A stretch of DNA of 64,000 nt from an uncultured Eubacteriales bacterium (GTDB lineage: Bacteria > Bacillota > Clostridia > Oscillospirales > Acutalibacteraceae): positions 18,120-82,119 of the forward strand of contig CAKSQS010000005.1 of NCBI GenBank assembly GCA_934486705.1. Reading direction: 5' to 3'. The notes beneath the pieces are model-generated. The model did not search any database. It saw only the letters and a program-made list of their open reading frames with translations, and was not told the origin of the DNA. A program made the translations under genes and the position numbers. Every line of letters starts with the position of its first letter. Position 1 is the first letter of the stretch. Below, one piece after another: positions 9,376-19,497 of this stretch.

Positions 9376-10650
9376 ATGTTTGTAGATATAGCAAAAATTC
9401 ATTTAAAAGCGGGCGACGGCGGCGACGGCGCGGTTTCCTTTCACAGGGAAAAGTACGTTGCGGCGGGCGGACCGGACGGCGGCGACGGCGGCAGGGGCGG
9501 AAATATTATTTTCAAGGCGGACAGTAATTTATCTACCCTTGCGGATTTCCGCTATAAGCGCAAATACACGGCGCAATCGGGTGAAAAAGGCGGCGGCGGG
9601 CGCTGCTCGGGCAAAAAAGCGCCCGACCTTATTATAAACGTGCCCGTGGGCACGCTGGTTAAGGATGCGGAAAGCGGCAGAATAATTGCCGATATATCCG
9701 ATTCAGAGCCCGTTATAATAGCCAAGGGCGGCAACGGCGGTTGGGGTAATCAGCACTTTGCCACGCCTACGCGCCAAGTGCCGCGTTTTGCGAAAAAGGG
9801 CAACCCGGGCGAGGAGCTTGACGTAACGCTGGAGCTAAAGCTTTTGGCGGACGTGGGGCTTATTGGCTTTCCGAATGTGGGTAAATCCACCCTTATTTCG
9901 GTGGTGAGCGAGGCAAAGCCGAAAATTGCAAATTATCATTTTACTACCCTTACCCCCGTTTTGGGTGTTGTGCGTATGGGCGAGGGCAGTTCGTTTGTTA
10001 TGGCGGATATTCCCGGGCTTATTGAGGGCGCGGGCGAGGGCGTGGGCTTAGGCCACGAATTTTTGCGCCATGTTGAGCGCTGCCGCCTGCTTTTGCACGT
10101 TATTGACGTATCGGGCAGCGAGGGCAGAGACCCGATTGACGATTTTAATAAAATAAACCGCGAGCTTGCCGTTTTCAGCAGCGAGCTTGAAACCCGCCCG
10201 CAAATAATTGTGGGCAACAAGTGCGATTTGACCGACGAAGAAGAGGTTAGCCGCATATCCGATTATTTTACCGAAAAGGGGTATAAATTCTTCCCCGTAA
10301 TGGCAGCTATAGCCGAGGGTACGGACGAGCTTATAAACTATGTTGCGGCAGAGCTTGCAAAGCTGCCGCCCATAAAGAAATACAAAGCCGAGCCGAAGCC
10401 CCTTGAAGACCTTACGGTTAAGAAAAAGCGCGACTTTACAATACGCGTTTGCGACGGAGTTTACTTTGTTGAAAACTGCGAGTGGATAATGGAAATTATG
10501 AACACTATCGACCCAGAGGACTATGAGTCGCTGCAATATTTCGAGCGCGTTTTGCGTTCAAGCGGAATTATTTCGGCCCTTGAAAACGCGGGAATAAAGC
10601 AGGGCGATACCGTAAGCGTTTACGATATTGAGTTTGAGTTTGTGATGTGA
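9376..10650 (+). CDS. obg: GTPase Obg/CgtA
   Basis: Gly-rich Obg fold (GGDGGDGAVSF, GGPDGGDGGRGG), G1 GFPNVGKST, G4 NKCD, and a C-terminal OCT-type domain. Confidence 0.95.
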   Translation: MFVDIAKIHLKAGDGGDGAVSFHREKYVAAGGPDGGDGGRGGNIIFKADSNLSTLADFRYKRKYTAQSGEKGGGGRCSGKKAPDLIINVPVGTLVKDAESGRIIADISDSEPVIIAKGGNGGWGNQHFATPTRQVPRFAKKGNPGEELDVTLELKLLADVGLIGFPNVGKSTLISVVSEAKPKIANYHFTTLTPVLGVVRMGEGSSFVMADIPGLIEGAGEGVGLGHEFLRHVERCRLLLHVIDVSGSEGRDPIDDFNKINRELAVFSSELETRPQIIVGNKCDLTDEEEVSRISDYFTEKGYKFFPVMAAIAEGTDELINYVAAELAKLPPIKKYKAEPKPLEDLTVKKKRDFTIRVCDGVYFVENCEWIMEIMNTIDPEDYESLQYFERVLRSSGIISALENAGIKQGDTVSVYDIEFEFVM

Positions 10651-11027
10651 TGAAAACGGAAAATCCCAATCTTTTAAGCCCCTCCGTGCTCGCCTTTGTG
10701 GGCGACGCGGTGTACGGGCTGTACGTAAGAACCGCCTTGGCAGAGGTAAACCGCCCGTCGGGCGAGTTACATAGGCTCTCTGTCACAATGGTGAACGCCG
10801 CAGCGCAGGCAAAGGCGTATGCGGTTATTGAGCCGCTGCTTTCCGAAAAGGAAATTTCCGTTTTCAAGCGCGGCAGAAATTTCCACACCTCGTCTACACC
10901 GAAAAATGCCTCGAACGGCGATTATCATATCGCCACAGGGCTGGAGTGTCTTTTCGGGTGGCTTTACCTTTCGGGAAATACCGCCCGCGCTGACGAGCTT
11001 TTCGGAATAATATACGATAAACAATAA
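10647..11027 (+). CDS. mrnC: mini-ribonuclease 3
   Basis: LAFVGDAVYGLYVR and ATGLECLFGWLYLSG match Mini-III (RNase III-like) signatures. 126 aa. Confidence 0.85.
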   Translation: MMKTENPNLLSPSVLAFVGDAVYGLYVRTALAEVNRPSGELHRLSVTMVNAAAQAKAYAVIEPLLSEKEISVFKRGRNFHTSSTPKNASNGDYHIATGLECLFGWLYLSGNTARADELFGIIYDKQ

Positions 11028-11035
11028 CACCCGAG

Positions 11036-11467
11036 GTGAAAGGCTTGGCTTTTCTTACACGTTTGAAAAAGACGTTTTTAAATAAAAAATTTTTGGGCTT
11101 TTGCTCTATCGGTATAATAAATACCTTTAATACCGCGTTTTTCTCATGGCTTGCGCACTTTAAAATTCAGGAAAATATTTCGGCGCATATCGGCTTTTTT
11201 ATATCCCTTACAATAAACTATATTCTTAACAGTCTTATTGTTTTTAAAAGCCGATTGAGCGTGAGAAAATATTTGCGGTTTCTTATTTCCTACATACCGA
11301 ATTTGATTATATATACCCTCGTTTCCTTTATAACCATAAATCTGTGGAAAATGGATCAATTTTGGGCGACCGTATTGGCTACCGCTGCGGGCGGACCGAT
11401 AACCTTTGTTATAATCAAGCTTTACGCGTTCGGCAATAAAATTAAAAAAGAAGACGAAAAAAGCTGA
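11036..11467 (+). CDS. GtrA-family membrane protein
   Basis: 143 aa, four predicted TM helices. FLGFCSIGIINTFNT and the FVIIKLYAFG ending are typical of GtrA-like proteins. Alternative (GTG) start. Confidence 0.6.
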   Translation: MKGLAFLTRLKKTFLNKKFLGFCSIGIINTFNTAFFSWLAHFKIQENISAHIGFFISLTINYILNSLIVFKSRLSVRKYLRFLISYIPNLIIYTLVSFITINLWKMDQFWATVLATAAGGPITFVIIKLYAFGNKIKKEDEKS

Positions 11468-11490
11468 ACTGTAATATGTTCAGCTTTTGT
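11457..11490. terminator. bidirectional terminator between the GtrA-like and AraC genes
   Basis: AAGCTGAAC (11461-11469) pairs with GTTCAGCTT (11478-11486), flanked by an A-run and a T-run. Confidence 0.65.
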
Positions 11491-12319
11491 TATATTCCGT
11501 TGGCGACATTCCGTAGTGCTTTTTAAAGCAGCGTGCAAAATATCCGGGGTCGGAAAAGCCGCAGCGCGATGAAAGCTCCGCAATTTTTATGCCCTTTTCG
11601 TTTCGCAGCGTTTTTTTGGCAAGCTCGAGCCGCAGTATTTGTATATATATCATAGGCGTAAGCCCCGTAACCGCCTTGAACCGCCTGCAAAAATACGCTT
11701 CGTCGTACCCGAAACGGCAGCTTAATTCCTTTGAAGATATATCCTCGCAAAAGTGCTGTTCAATATATTCGGTAACATTATGAAAACGCTCGTCGGAAAT
11801 CGTGCGGATATTTCCGTCCGATAAGCAATGCCTGTAAAGCAGCCCCAAAAGCCGGTAAATTCCGCCCACCACCATAAGTGAAGAGGCGTTTTCGCCCGAG
11901 AGCTGTTCGTCGGCTATCGCCTTTGCTGCGGCAAATACCTCGGGCTCATCGGAAACCGAGCAAAAAGATATTTTTTGCTCGGCTATGGGTACAAGATACT
12001 TTGCGGCGGCATTGGCAGCGTTATAAAACGCCTGTACGTCAAACATAATAGTCCGGTAAGAAACGCCTGCATTGCCCGCAACGCCGCGGTGCGGCTGCCC
12101 CGGCATAAAAACGGCAACCGAGCCCGCTGCGGCGTGCTCCTTTACATCCCCTAAATATATATCAAGCCCGCCGCTTAATATAACGAGAATTTCCATACGC
12201 TCGTGCCAATGCGTGGTAAAGCAAAGCTCTGATGGAAAACGGAATACGGAATCGTGAATTTTAACGGCACTGTCGCCGTATAAAACGGGAGTAAGCTCCT
12301 TTTGTCCGTCTAAGCGCAT
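11480..12319 (-). CDS. AraC-family transcriptional regulator (cupin + HTH)
   Basis: The C-terminal double HTH (FCRRFKAVTGLTPMIYIQILRLELAKKTL...GFSDPGYFARCFKKHYGMSPTEY) is a classic AraC pattern. Start set at the ATG at 12319, preceded by GGGTGA; the ORF extends to 12358. Confidence 0.85.
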   Translation of the reverse strand: MRLDGQKELTPVLYGDSAVKIHDSVFRFPSELCFTTHWHERMEILVILSGGLDIYLGDVKEHAAAGSVAVFMPGQPHRGVAGNAGVSYRTIMFDVQAFYNAANAAAKYLVPIAEQKISFCSVSDEPEVFAAAKAIADEQLSGENASSLMVVGGIYRLLGLLYRHCLSDGNIRTISDERFHNVTEYIEQHFCEDISSKELSCRFGYDEAYFCRRFKAVTGLTPMIYIQILRLELAKKTLRNEKGIKIAELSSRCGFSDPGYFARCFKKHYGMSPTEYNKS

Positions 12320-12433
12320 ATGAATCACCCAAGTCAAAAAAATACAGAAGAAAATCAAAATAATCCTAACCTACGAATTATATTTATGTTAACATAAAGA
12401 CAGAAAAAAATCAATATTCAAGGGGGATTTTTT

Positions 12434-13276
12434 ATGAAAATAGGAACCTGCGTACATTTGAACGACATAAACGAAATGTCAAAAAAGTTTGACGAGCTGC
12501 TTGCAAACGGATTTGACAGCTGCCAGCTTATTTCCTGGAAACCCGAACTTTGGACGGACGAAAACGCCGAAATACTCAAAGGGCTTATAAGCGGTAAAAA
12601 AATAACCGTTTCCGCCTTTTGGTGCGGCTGGGAAGGACCTACCGTGTGGGATTTTTACGACGGTCAGATAACCTTAGGTCTTGTTCCCCCCGAGTACAGG
12701 GCGGGGCGCGTTAAAAATTTGTGCGACGGCGCAGACTTTGCCAAAAAGCTCGGCATTACCGATGTTGTGACCCATATGGGCTTTATACCCGAAAACCCGA
12801 ACGACCCGCAGTTTGCGCCTTTCTGCGTTGCGGTAAGAACTGTTGCGGAGCATTTAAAGCAAAACGGTCAGTACCTTTTGTTTGAAACAGGGCAGGAAAC
12901 GCCGGTTACAATGCTGCGCTGCTTTGAAAAGGTGGGAACGGATAACCTCGGCGTTAATCTTGATACCGCAAACGTAATTCTTTACGGCAGGGCAAACCCG
13001 GTGGACGCGCTTGACGTTTTCGGCAAATACGTCCGCAACCTGCACGCGAAGGACGGCAGATACCCCACAAACGGCCACGACCTGGGCGAAGAAACCCGCA
13101 TAGGCGACGGCAAGGTGGATTTCAACCGCTTGTTTGAAAAGCTGCACGAAATAGGCTATGATTCTTACGTTACAATAGAGCGCGAGATTGAGGGCGAAGA
13201 GCAGAACAAGGATATACTCTACGCCAAAGAGTACCTCGGCAATATTATAAAAAGGGTTTACGGTGGGCTTGAATGA
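12434..13276 (+). CDS. sugar phosphate isomerase/epimerase (xylose isomerase-like TIM barrel)
   Basis: 280 aa with the family pattern ...VTHMG...LLFETGQE...LDTANV...HAKD...YVTIERE. Confidence 0.7.
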   Translation: MKIGTCVHLNDINEMSKKFDELLANGFDSCQLISWKPELWTDENAEILKGLISGKKITVSAFWCGWEGPTVWDFYDGQITLGLVPPEYRAGRVKNLCDGADFAKKLGITDVVTHMGFIPENPNDPQFAPFCVAVRTVAEHLKQNGQYLLFETGQETPVTMLRCFEKVGTDNLGVNLDTANVILYGRANPVDALDVFGKYVRNLHAKDGRYPTNGHDLGEETRIGDGKVDFNRLFEKLHEIGYDSYVTIEREIEGEEQNKDILYAKEYLGNIIKRVYGGLE

Positions 13277-14841
13277 AGGGCTTAATGATAGATTGCTCCA
13301 GAAATGCGGTTATGAACCTTACCGCGCTTAAAAGGTTTGTAAAGGTAACAGCCGCTTTGGGCTATGATACTTTAATGCTTTACACAGAGGATACCTACGA
13401 GGTTGACGGTGAGCCGTACTTCGGGCATCAACGCGGGAGATTTTCAAAAGCCGAGCTTAAAGAGGCGGACGCTTTTTGCCGCGAAAACGGCGTTGAGCTT
13501 ATACCCTGCATACAGACCCTTGCGCACCTTAACGCAATTTTCAAGTGGCAGGGAGTGTACGGCGATATAAACGACACGGCGGATATTCTGTTAGCGGACG
13601 ACGAGAGGACATATAAGCTTATAGATGAAATGTTTGCCACGCTTTCGCAGTGCTTTACCTCGCGCAAAATACATATAGGTATGGACGAGGCGCATATGGT
13701 GGGGCTGGGCAAATACCGCGATAAGCACGGCGATAACGACCGCTTTAATATTATAAACCGCCATCTTCATAAGGTTTGCAGCCTTGCGGATAAGTACGGC
13801 TTTGAGCCGATGATATGGAGCGATATGTACTTCCGCTTAGCGGACAGCGCGGGGGATTATTACAGTACCTCCGATATGGAGAATATTTGCAAAAGAGCCG
13901 ATCTGCCGCAAAATATCACCTTGGTTTACTGGGATTACTACAGCAAGGATTATGAGCATTATCTTAATATGATAGATAAAAACAAGGCGCTTGCAAGACC
14001 TGTTGTATTTGCGGGCGGCGCATGGACCTGGAAAGGCTTTGCGCCCGATAATCGGTTCAGCTTTGATACCACTCTGCCCGCGCTTAAGGCATGCCGCGAA
14101 AAGGGAATAAGCGATGTTTTCATTACAATGTGGGGTGATAACGGCGGCGAATGCTCGCGCTTTGCGGTTTTGCCGGCACTTTGCTACACCGCGGAGCTTT
14201 TAGAGGGCAATGAAAATATGTCTGACGCAAAGGCGCGGCTTAAGGCGCTTACGGGTATGGAATTTGACGATTTTATGCTGCTTGATAAGCTTGATAATCC
14301 TACCGAAAAGCTTGATTACAACGCATCGAAATATCTGCTTTATTCCGACCCGTTTATGGGGGTTTACGACAGTAAAATAACCTGCGGCGTAAACGGTTAC
14401 TACAAAGAGCTTTACAAAAAGCTTTCGGCGGTACAAGCGACGGACGACTACAAGCCGATTTTTGACTCGGCTGCGGCGCTGGCGGACGTACTGTCGGTTA
14501 AAGCCGAGCTTGGCATAAGAACCCGCGCGGCATACCTCGCTGGGGATACCGAAGCACTTAAGAATATAGCCGAAAGCGATTATACCGCCGCCATAGATAA
14601 GCTGCGGGTATTCTGCGCGGCTTTCCGCAGGCTTTGGTTCTTTGAAAACAAGCCCCACGGCTTTGACGTGCAGGATATACGTTTAGGCGGGCTTATAATG
14701 CGGCTTGAAAGCTGCCGCGAAAGAATTTTAAACTATTGCAAGGATAAATCAAACACCATTCCCGAGCTTTCAGAGCCTGTGCTTGAAAACGACAGACCCA
14801 AGCATATTTGGGAATGTATTGCAACAGCTGATATTATTTAA
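13273..14841 (+). CDS. glycoside hydrolase family 20-like (beta-N-acetylhexosaminidase-like)
   Basis: GLMIDCSRN at the start of the TIM barrel and IHIGMDEAHMVG (H-x-G-x-D-E catalytic block). Confidence 0.65.
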   Translation: MKGLMIDCSRNAVMNLTALKRFVKVTAALGYDTLMLYTEDTYEVDGEPYFGHQRGRFSKAELKEADAFCRENGVELIPCIQTLAHLNAIFKWQGVYGDINDTADILLADDERTYKLIDEMFATLSQCFTSRKIHIGMDEAHMVGLGKYRDKHGDNDRFNIINRHLHKVCSLADKYGFEPMIWSDMYFRLADSAGDYYSTSDMENICKRADLPQNITLVYWDYYSKDYEHYLNMIDKNKALARPVVFAGGAWTWKGFAPDNRFSFDTTLPALKACREKGISDVFITMWGDNGGECSRFAVLPALCYTAELLEGNENMSDAKARLKALTGMEFDDFMLLDKLDNPTEKLDYNASKYLLYSDPFMGVYDSKITCGVNGYYKELYKKLSAVQATDDYKPIFDSAAALADVLSVKAELGIRTRAAYLAGDTEALKNIAESDYTAAIDKLRVFCAAFRRLWFFENKPHGFDVQDIRLGGLIMRLESCRERILNYCKDKSNTIPELSEPVLENDRPKHIWECIATADII

Positions 14842-14852
14842 TTAAGGAGACG

Positions 14853-15806
14853 TTGATTATGTTAAAGGTTGCACTTGTAGGCGTTGGCGGAATAAGCGGC
14901 GCGCATATTCCCGCGTGGGAATCTATGCAGGACACAGAGCTTGTGGCGCTTTGCGATATTCGCCCCGAGCAAATGGAAAAGTATACGGATAAACGCCGTT
15001 ATACCGATTTTGACGAAATGCTCGAAAAGGAAGAAATAGATATTCTTGATATTTGTCTTCCCACATATTTGCATGCCGATTTTTCGGTAAAAGCTATGGA
15101 AAAGGGCATAAACGTTATCTGCGAAAAGCCCGTTTCGCTTAAAAAAGAGGATGTTGCGCGCGTTTACGGCGCTGCGAAGAAAAACAACGTTAAGTTTATG
15201 ATAGCGCAGGTGCTGCGTTTCTGGCCCGAATATGAAATAGTTAAAAAATTATACGATGAAAAGACCTACGGTAATTTGCTTTCGGGCTCTATGACCCGCC
15301 TCGGCTGCCGCCCGAAATGGAGCTGGGATAACTGGATGACCGATAAAAACCGCAGCGGTTTAGTACCCTTTGACCTTCATATTCACGATCTTGATTTTAT
15401 GGTATACACCTTCGGTAAGCCTACAAAAACAAATGCGTTTAAATCCACCACCGATACGCAGGACTACCTGAATACCGTTTATGAGTACGACGGATTTTTC
15501 ATAACCACCGAGGCTTCGTGGTATGCGTCGCCCTATCCGTTCAAGGTATCATTCCGTTTCCAGTTTGAGCATGCGGTTGCGGCGTGGGAAAACGGCGAAA
15601 TGAAAATATATGAAGAAAACGGGAAAATATGGTCGCCTATATCGGGCGGCGACGGGCTTGACACAGGCAATATAGGTCTTCCCGCAAGCGACGCATATGC
15701 CAACGAGATACGCTATTTTACCGATTGCGTTGAAAACGGCACTTTCCCCGACAGGGTAAAGCCCGAAGAGCTTGAAAGCGTGCTTGATATTCTGAATACG
15801 CTTTAA
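14853..15806 (+). CDS. Gfo/Idh/MocA-family oxidoreductase
   Basis: N-terminal Rossmann fold VALVGVGGISGAH and the conserved ICEKP motif. Confidence 0.8.
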   Translation: MIMLKVALVGVGGISGAHIPAWESMQDTELVALCDIRPEQMEKYTDKRRYTDFDEMLEKEEIDILDICLPTYLHADFSVKAMEKGINVICEKPVSLKKEDVARVYGAAKKNNVKFMIAQVLRFWPEYEIVKKLYDEKTYGNLLSGSMTRLGCRPKWSWDNWMTDKNRSGLVPFDLHIHDLDFMVYTFGKPTKTNAFKSTTDTQDYLNTVYEYDGFFITTEASWYASPYPFKVSFRFQFEHAVAAWENGEMKIYEENGKIWSPISGGDGLDTGNIGLPASDAYANEIRYFTDCVENGTFPDRVKPEELESVLDILNTL

Positions 15807-15861
15807 AAATTAAGGTTGACAAACCTATAATATGTGGTAGAATATATACAGAACTGAATAT

Positions 15862-15965
15862 TATCCTTATCAAGAGCGGCGGAGGGAACCGGCCCTGTGA
15901 TGCCCGGCAACCTGATTTTAAAATCAAGGTGCCAATTCCGGCGGATTATCCGAAAGATGAGGCTT
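15862..15965 (+). promoter_or_regulatory. SAM-I (S-box) riboswitch aptamer
   Basis: CTTATCAAGAGCGGCGGAGGGAACCGGCCCTGTGATGCCCGGCAACC...GGTGCCAATTCCGGCGG...GAAAGATGAG matches the S-box consensus. It lies directly upstream of metK. Confidence 0.9.
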
Positions 15966-15967
15966 TT

Positions 15968-16001
15968 AAAACCGTCTCGTCCGAGGCGGTTTTAATTTTT
16001 T
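15968..16001 (+). terminator. riboswitch expression-platform terminator
   Basis: ACCGTCTC (15971-15978) pairs with GAGGCGGT (15983-15990), including one U-G, followed by TTTTAATTTTTT. Confidence 0.8.
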
Positions 16002-16019
16002 ATGAAAGAGGAATTTAAA

Positions 16020-17204
16020 ATGGCAAAAATGCTTTTTACATCCGAATCCGTGACCGAGGGACATCCCGATAAGGTCTGCGACGGTATATCCGACGCAATA
16101 CTCGATGAAATTTTAAAGAACGACTCCGACGCGCGCGTTGCCTGCGAGACCTTTTGCACCACCGGCAGCGTGACCGTAATGGGGGAAATAACCACAAGCT
16201 GCTATGTCGATATTCCGCAAATAGCGCGCGATGTGGTTTGCAGAATAGGCTACAACAACCCCTCTGCCGGGTTTGACGGCAATACCTGCGCGGTTATGAC
16301 GGCAATAGACAAGCAGTCCCCCGATATAGCGCTGGGCGTTGACAATTCGCTTGAATACAAGGACGGCGAGGAGGATGAATACAACCTGCGCGGCGCGGGG
16401 GATCAGGGTATGATGTTCGGCTACGCCTGCGACGATACGCCTGAGCTTATGCCGCTGCCGATTTCTTTGGCGCACAAAATGGCAAAAAAGCTGACCGACG
16501 TTCGTAAAAGCGGGGAGCTTGCATATCTCCGCCCCGACGGAAAGACCCAGGTTACCGTTGAATATGACGACGGCAGACCTACGCGCATAGAGGCGGTTGT
16601 CGTTTCCTCGCAGCACAGCGCCGATATTGATCTCTCGGTACTAAGAGCCGATATTCTCGAAAAGGTTATAAAGCCCACCGTGCCGTCGGAGCTGCTTGAT
16701 GAAAACACGAAAATATATATCAACCCCACGGGTCGCTTTGTTGTGGGCGGACCGCAGGGTGATACAGGGCTTACGGGCAGAAAAATTATAGTTGATACCT
16801 ACGGCGGCTTTGCGCGCCACGGCGGCGGAGCGTTTTCGGGCAAGGACCCCACAAAGGTTGACAGAAGCGCCGCCTACGCCGCAAGATATGTCGCGAAGAA
16901 TATTGTTGCCGCAGGCATTGCGAAAAAGTGCGAGGTGCAATTGGCTTACGCCATAGGCGTGGCGCACCCGGTTTCCGTTATGGTGGATACCTTCGGTACA
17001 GGCATATATCCCGATGATAATATAGCCGAGGCGGTTAAAAAGGTATTTGATCTGCGCCCCTCCGCCATAATAGACAAGCTCGACCTTAAAAAGCCCATAT
17101 ACAGCCGCCTTTCGGCATACGGTCATATGGGCAGAGAAGATCTCGGCGTATCGTGGGAAAAGACCGATAAGACCGAGGAGTTGGAAGGTATTCTTCGCGG
17201 CTGA
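16020..17204 (+). CDS. metK: S-adenosylmethionine synthetase
   Basis: [33 protein letters not shown] and [19 protein letters not shown] are invariant MetK blocks. The ATG at 16020 is preceded by AGAGGA; the track ORF starts at 16002. Confidence 0.95.
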   Translation: MAKMLFTSESVTEGHPDKVCDGISDAILDEILKNDSDARVACETFCTTGSVTVMGEITTSCYVDIPQIARDVVCRIGYNNPSAGFDGNTCAVMTAIDKQSPDIALGVDNSLEYKDGEEDEYNLRGAGDQGMMFGYACDDTPELMPLPISLAHKMAKKLTDVRKSGELAYLRPDGKTQVTVEYDDGRPTRIEAVVVSSQHSADIDLSVLRADILEKVIKPTVPSELLDENTKIYINPTGRFVVGGPQGDTGLTGRKIIVDTYGGFARHGGGAFSGKDPTKVDRSAAYAARYVAKNIVAAGIAKKCEVQLAYAIGVAHPVSVMVDTFGTGIYPDDNIAEAVKKVFDLRPSAIIDKLDLKKPIYSRLSAYGHMGREDLGVSWEKTDKTEELEGILRG

Positions 17205-17280
17205 TAATATACTACTTGTAAAATCGGGGAAAAAGTGGTAAAATAACGATGTATCATTTTTTCTGAAAGGAAAGCACTAA

Positions 17281-18375
17281 ATGAAAAAATACGACTATAT
17301 AATTGCAGGCAGCGGCTTGTTCGGAGCGGTTTTCGCCCACGAGGCGGTAAAAAAAGGTAAAAAGGTTCTTGTGCTTGAACGCCGTGGGCATATAGGCGGA
17401 AATATATATACCGAAAAGGTCGAGGGTATTGACGTGCATAAGTACGGCGCGCATATCTTTCACACATCAAACAAGCGCGTTTGGGATTATGTTACCGACT
17501 TGGTTGAATTTAATAACTTTGTAAATTCTCCCGTTGCAAATTACAAGGGCGAAATGTATAATATGCCATTTAATATGAATACCTTTTCAAAAATGTTCGG
17601 TATATCCACCCCGAAAGAGGCGGCGGAAGTGCTTGATAAGCAGCGGTCCGAGATAAAGGGCGAGCCGAAAAACCTCGAGGAACAGGCTATAAGCCTTGTG
17701 GGACGGGATGTTTACACAAAGCTTATAAAGGGCTACACCGAAAAGCAGTGGGGCAGAGACTGTAGCGAGCTGCCCGCGTTTATAATAAAGCGCCTGCCGG
17801 TAAGGTTCACTTATGATAACAACTATTTTAACGACCGCTACCAGGGCATACCGTGCGGCGGCTATACCGAGCTTATAGAAAAGCTGCTCGAAGGTGCGGA
17901 GGTGCGGCTTAACACCGATTTTCTTGCCGACCGTGAGAATTATCTGCAAATGGCGGATAAGTGCATTTACACAGGTCCTATAGACGAATACTTCGCCTAC
18001 AGTCTCGGCAAGCTTGAATACCGCAGCCTTAAGTTTGAAACAGAGCTTTTGGATGAAGAAAACCACCAGGGCGTGGCGGTTGTAAACTATACCGAGCGCG
18101 AAGTGCCTTACACCAGAGTTATAGAGCATAAGCATTTTAATTTCGGCACACAGCCGAAAACCGTTGTAACGCGCGAATACCCCGCCGATTGGCAGGAGGG
18201 TATGGAGCCGTATTACCCGGTGAATAACGAAAAAAACAATGAGCTTTACAAAAAATACGCCGCTCTTGCCGAAAAAGAAAACGTGCTTTTCGGCGGCAGA
18301 CTTGCGCAATATAAGTACTTTGATATGGACGATACCGTTGAAGAGGCTTTAAGCCTTGCGGACAAGCTGCTGTAA
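17281..18375 (+). CDS. glf: UDP-galactopyranose mutase
   Basis: YDYIIAGSGLFGAVFA FAD fold, GGNIYT, HKYGAHIFHT and FGGRLAQYKYFDMD are typical of Glf. Confidence 0.9.
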   Translation: MKKYDYIIAGSGLFGAVFAHEAVKKGKKVLVLERRGHIGGNIYTEKVEGIDVHKYGAHIFHTSNKRVWDYVTDLVEFNNFVNSPVANYKGEMYNMPFNMNTFSKMFGISTPKEAAEVLDKQRSEIKGEPKNLEEQAISLVGRDVYTKLIKGYTEKQWGRDCSELPAFIIKRLPVRFTYDNNYFNDRYQGIPCGGYTELIEKLLEGAEVRLNTDFLADRENYLQMADKCIYTGPIDEYFAYSLGKLEYRSLKFETELLDEENHQGVAVVNYTEREVPYTRVIEHKHFNFGTQPKTVVTREYPADWQEGMEPYYPVNNEKNNELYKKYAALAEKENVLFGGRLAQYKYFDMDDTVEEALSLADKLL

Positions 18376-18438
18376 TACTTGAAAAAATAAATAAACAGTG
18401 GTATAATCTAACAAAATGCATTTTCGGAGGAAATTAAA

Positions 18439-19497
18439 TTGGCGGATATTAAAGTTAGCGTTATAATGCCGGTGTACGGCGTGGAAGACTATGTAGGCAA
18501 AGCTATAGAAAGTATTCAGGCGCAAACCCTTACCGATTGGGAGTTTTTCTGCGTGGATGACGGAACAAAGGACCGCAGCGGCGAAATTTGCGACGAGTAC
18601 GCCGCGAAAGACCCGCGCATAAAGGTAATACACAAGGAAAACGGCGGAGCGCCGAGCGCGCGCAACGTCGCTATTGATAAGGCTGTCGGTAAATATATGT
18701 ATTTTATGGACTCCGACGACTGGGCAGAGCCCGAAATGCTTGAAAAAATGGTTGCTGCGGCCGAGAAAAACGATTCTCAGCTGGTGGTTTCTGGCTATTA
18801 TATTGACACATATTACAGCGATACCGAAAAATTCACCCAGGAGCAGGTCTGCCCCGACGCGGTTTATAACACTAAGGAGCAGTTCCGCAAAAACGCGTAT
18901 GCGCTTTTTGATAAAAACCTGCTTTACACGCCTTGGAACAAACTTTATTTATCAAGCTATATTCTTGAAAACAAGCTTTATTTTCCGCAGACGTTTTGGG
19001 ATGATTTCCCCTTTAATTTAAGCGTTGTGCGCGAGGTTGAGCGGGTTACCGTTATATCGGACAAGTTCTACCACTTTATACGCAAGCGCGCCGAGAGCGA
19101 GACCGCAAAATACCGCAGCGATATGTACGACAAACGCGAGGAAGAAAACGGCTGGCTTGAGGAGCTTTTCGGCTATTGGGGTATAAATACCCCCGAAACA
19201 AACGAGTTTGTCGCCCGCCGCTATATAGAGCGTATAATCGGTTGCGTTGAAAATGTTACAAACCGCAATTGCCCGCTTTCCGCCAAGGAAAAAAAGGCGG
19301 AAATTAAGCGCATAATTTCAACCGACCGAGTAAAAAAAGCGGTTAAAACCGCAAAACCGAACTCAAAATATATGAAAACAATGCTGCTGCCCATAAAGTG
19401 GAACAACGCGGGGCTTACCTATCTTGAGGGTAAGGTGATCTCCCGTGTTAAATCGGGCGACACAAAAACCTTTGCTAAGCTAAAGGCGGGGAGATAA
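18439..19497 (+). CDS. family 2 glycosyltransferase
   Basis: VSVIMPVYGVEDYVGKAIESIQAQT...FCVDDGTKD...YFMDSDD (DxD). TTG start. Confidence 0.85.
   Translation: MADIKVSVIMPVYGVEDYVGKAIESIQAQTLTDWEFFCVDDGTKDRSGEICDEYAAKDPRIKVIHKENGGAPSARNVAIDKAVGKYMYFMDSDDWAEPEMLEKMVAAAEKNDSQLVVSGYYIDTYYSDTEKFTQEQVCPDAVYNTKEQFRKNAYALFDKNLLYTPWNKLYLSSYILENKLYFPQTFWDDFPFNLSVVREVERVTVISDKFYHFIRKRAESETAKYRSDMYDKREEENGWLEELFGYWGINTPETNEFVARRYIERIIGCVENVTNRNCPLSAKEKKAEIKRIISTDRVKKAVKTAKPNSKYMKTMLLPIKWNNAGLTYLEGKVISRVKSGDTKTFAKLKAGR

Noticed and set aside
17587-18309. A 240-aa minus-strand ORF inside glf. Similar long antisense ORFs occur inside metK, obg, the ABC genes and GH20.
   Set aside because: The sense frames carry unambiguous family motifs. 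The antisense frames are Arg/Lys/Phe-rich with no motif.
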